This document shows positions 63,255 through 64,000 of a DNA stretch of 64,000 nucleotides, one piece after another. A model generated the notes under the pieces. The model was given only the letters and a program-made list of their open reading frames with translations, had not been told where the DNA came from and ran no database searches. How positions within the stretch are numbered: the stretch's first letter is position 1; each line of letters begins with the position of its first letter. Origin of the DNA: Octopus bimaculoides (Eukaryota). The position numbers were made by a program, and so were the translations under genes. The stretch lies in NCBI RefSeq assembly GCF_001194135.2, contig NC_068995.1:16296418-16360417 (forward strand). The letters run 5' to 3'.

Positions 63255-63710
63255 GTGTACCAGTTACCTGGGGTATCCTTGTGAATATTATTTAAGGTTT
63301 CACTGTAACCCACATCTGTGTCTTTCCTTTCATTATCTAAGATGTCCTATTTATTGTTTGGTTTACATTTGCCTTTATTTCTAGTACACTTTGTGTCCCA
63401 ATTATCTGGGATATTCTTGCCATGTTTTTCCTATGTTATCAAGGATGTCCTTTTATTTATTATTCAGCTTACCTTTGCTGGTATTTCTAAGATATCCTTG
63501 CACCAGTTGTCTGTGTTATCCTTGTCTATATTGTTTAAAATATCTCTCTAACCCTTATGTGTATTTTTCCCTTCATTATCTAGGATGCCCTTAACCTATT
63601 ACCTGGGTTGTCTATGTACTCATTATCTGGAGTGGTCTTGCACTCTTTATCTAAAGTTATCCTTGCTTTTGTCATCTAGGATGGGCTTGCACCTATTATC
63701 TAGAGTAGAA
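63255..63710. repeat. Degenerate ~30-bp repeat with TTATCTAGGAT(G/A)TCCTTGC core
   Basis: About 10 recognisable core motifs. Confidence 0.6.
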
Positions 63711-64000
63711 ATCCACAAATGTCAGGCTGTGAACCAGTACTAGGTCACACACAAAGAATGGTTTTTCTATTTAATTAACTTTCACAGTCTGCAGAGCATT
63801 TTTGCATTATATCATCATCATCATCGTTTAACGTCCGCTTTCCATGCTAGCATGGGTTGGACGATTTGACTGAGGACTGGTGAAACCGGATGGCAACACC
63901 AGGCTCCAGTCTGATTTGGCAGAGTTTCTACAGCTGGATGCCCTTCCTAACGCCAACCACTCAGAGAGTGTAGTGGGTGCTTTTACGTGTCACCCGCACG

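Overview
Eukaryotic, AT-rich, microsatellite- and SINE-saturated draft scaffold with 19 N gaps. The repeat content suggests a coleoid cephalopod, probably Octopus (inference, no search run). One protein-coding gene is well supported: COG1 (conserved oligomeric Golgi complex subunit 1) on the + strand. It has 11 short, phase-consistent GT-AG exons from ATG 29957 to 58046, lacks about 60 internal residues (probably in the 38068-38761 gap), and its 3' part lies beyond the window. The rest is transposon-derived: at least four SINE/short-retroposon families, RTE-type LINE endonuclease remnants, two Penelope-like (GIY-YIG) remnants, and Tc1/mariner, piggyBac-type and hAT-type fragments or MITEs. Main finds: (1) three minimal hammerhead-ribozyme-like motifs. 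Two sit at the 3' ends of the Penelope-like remnants and carry Watson-Crick-compensated core variants (G3:C8 and U3:A8 instead of C3:G8). The third sits in the tail of a tRNA-headed, TSD-flanked SINE inside a COG1 intron. (2) A degenerate (TTAGGG)n array bracketed by ~200-bp inverted arms, plus a second element carrying a perfect 40-bp head-to-head telomere-repeat palindrome. (3) Several close inverted SINE pairs that could form dsRNA. Repeat boundaries are approximate unless TSD/TIR positions are given. All comparisons to known proteins and families are from memory.
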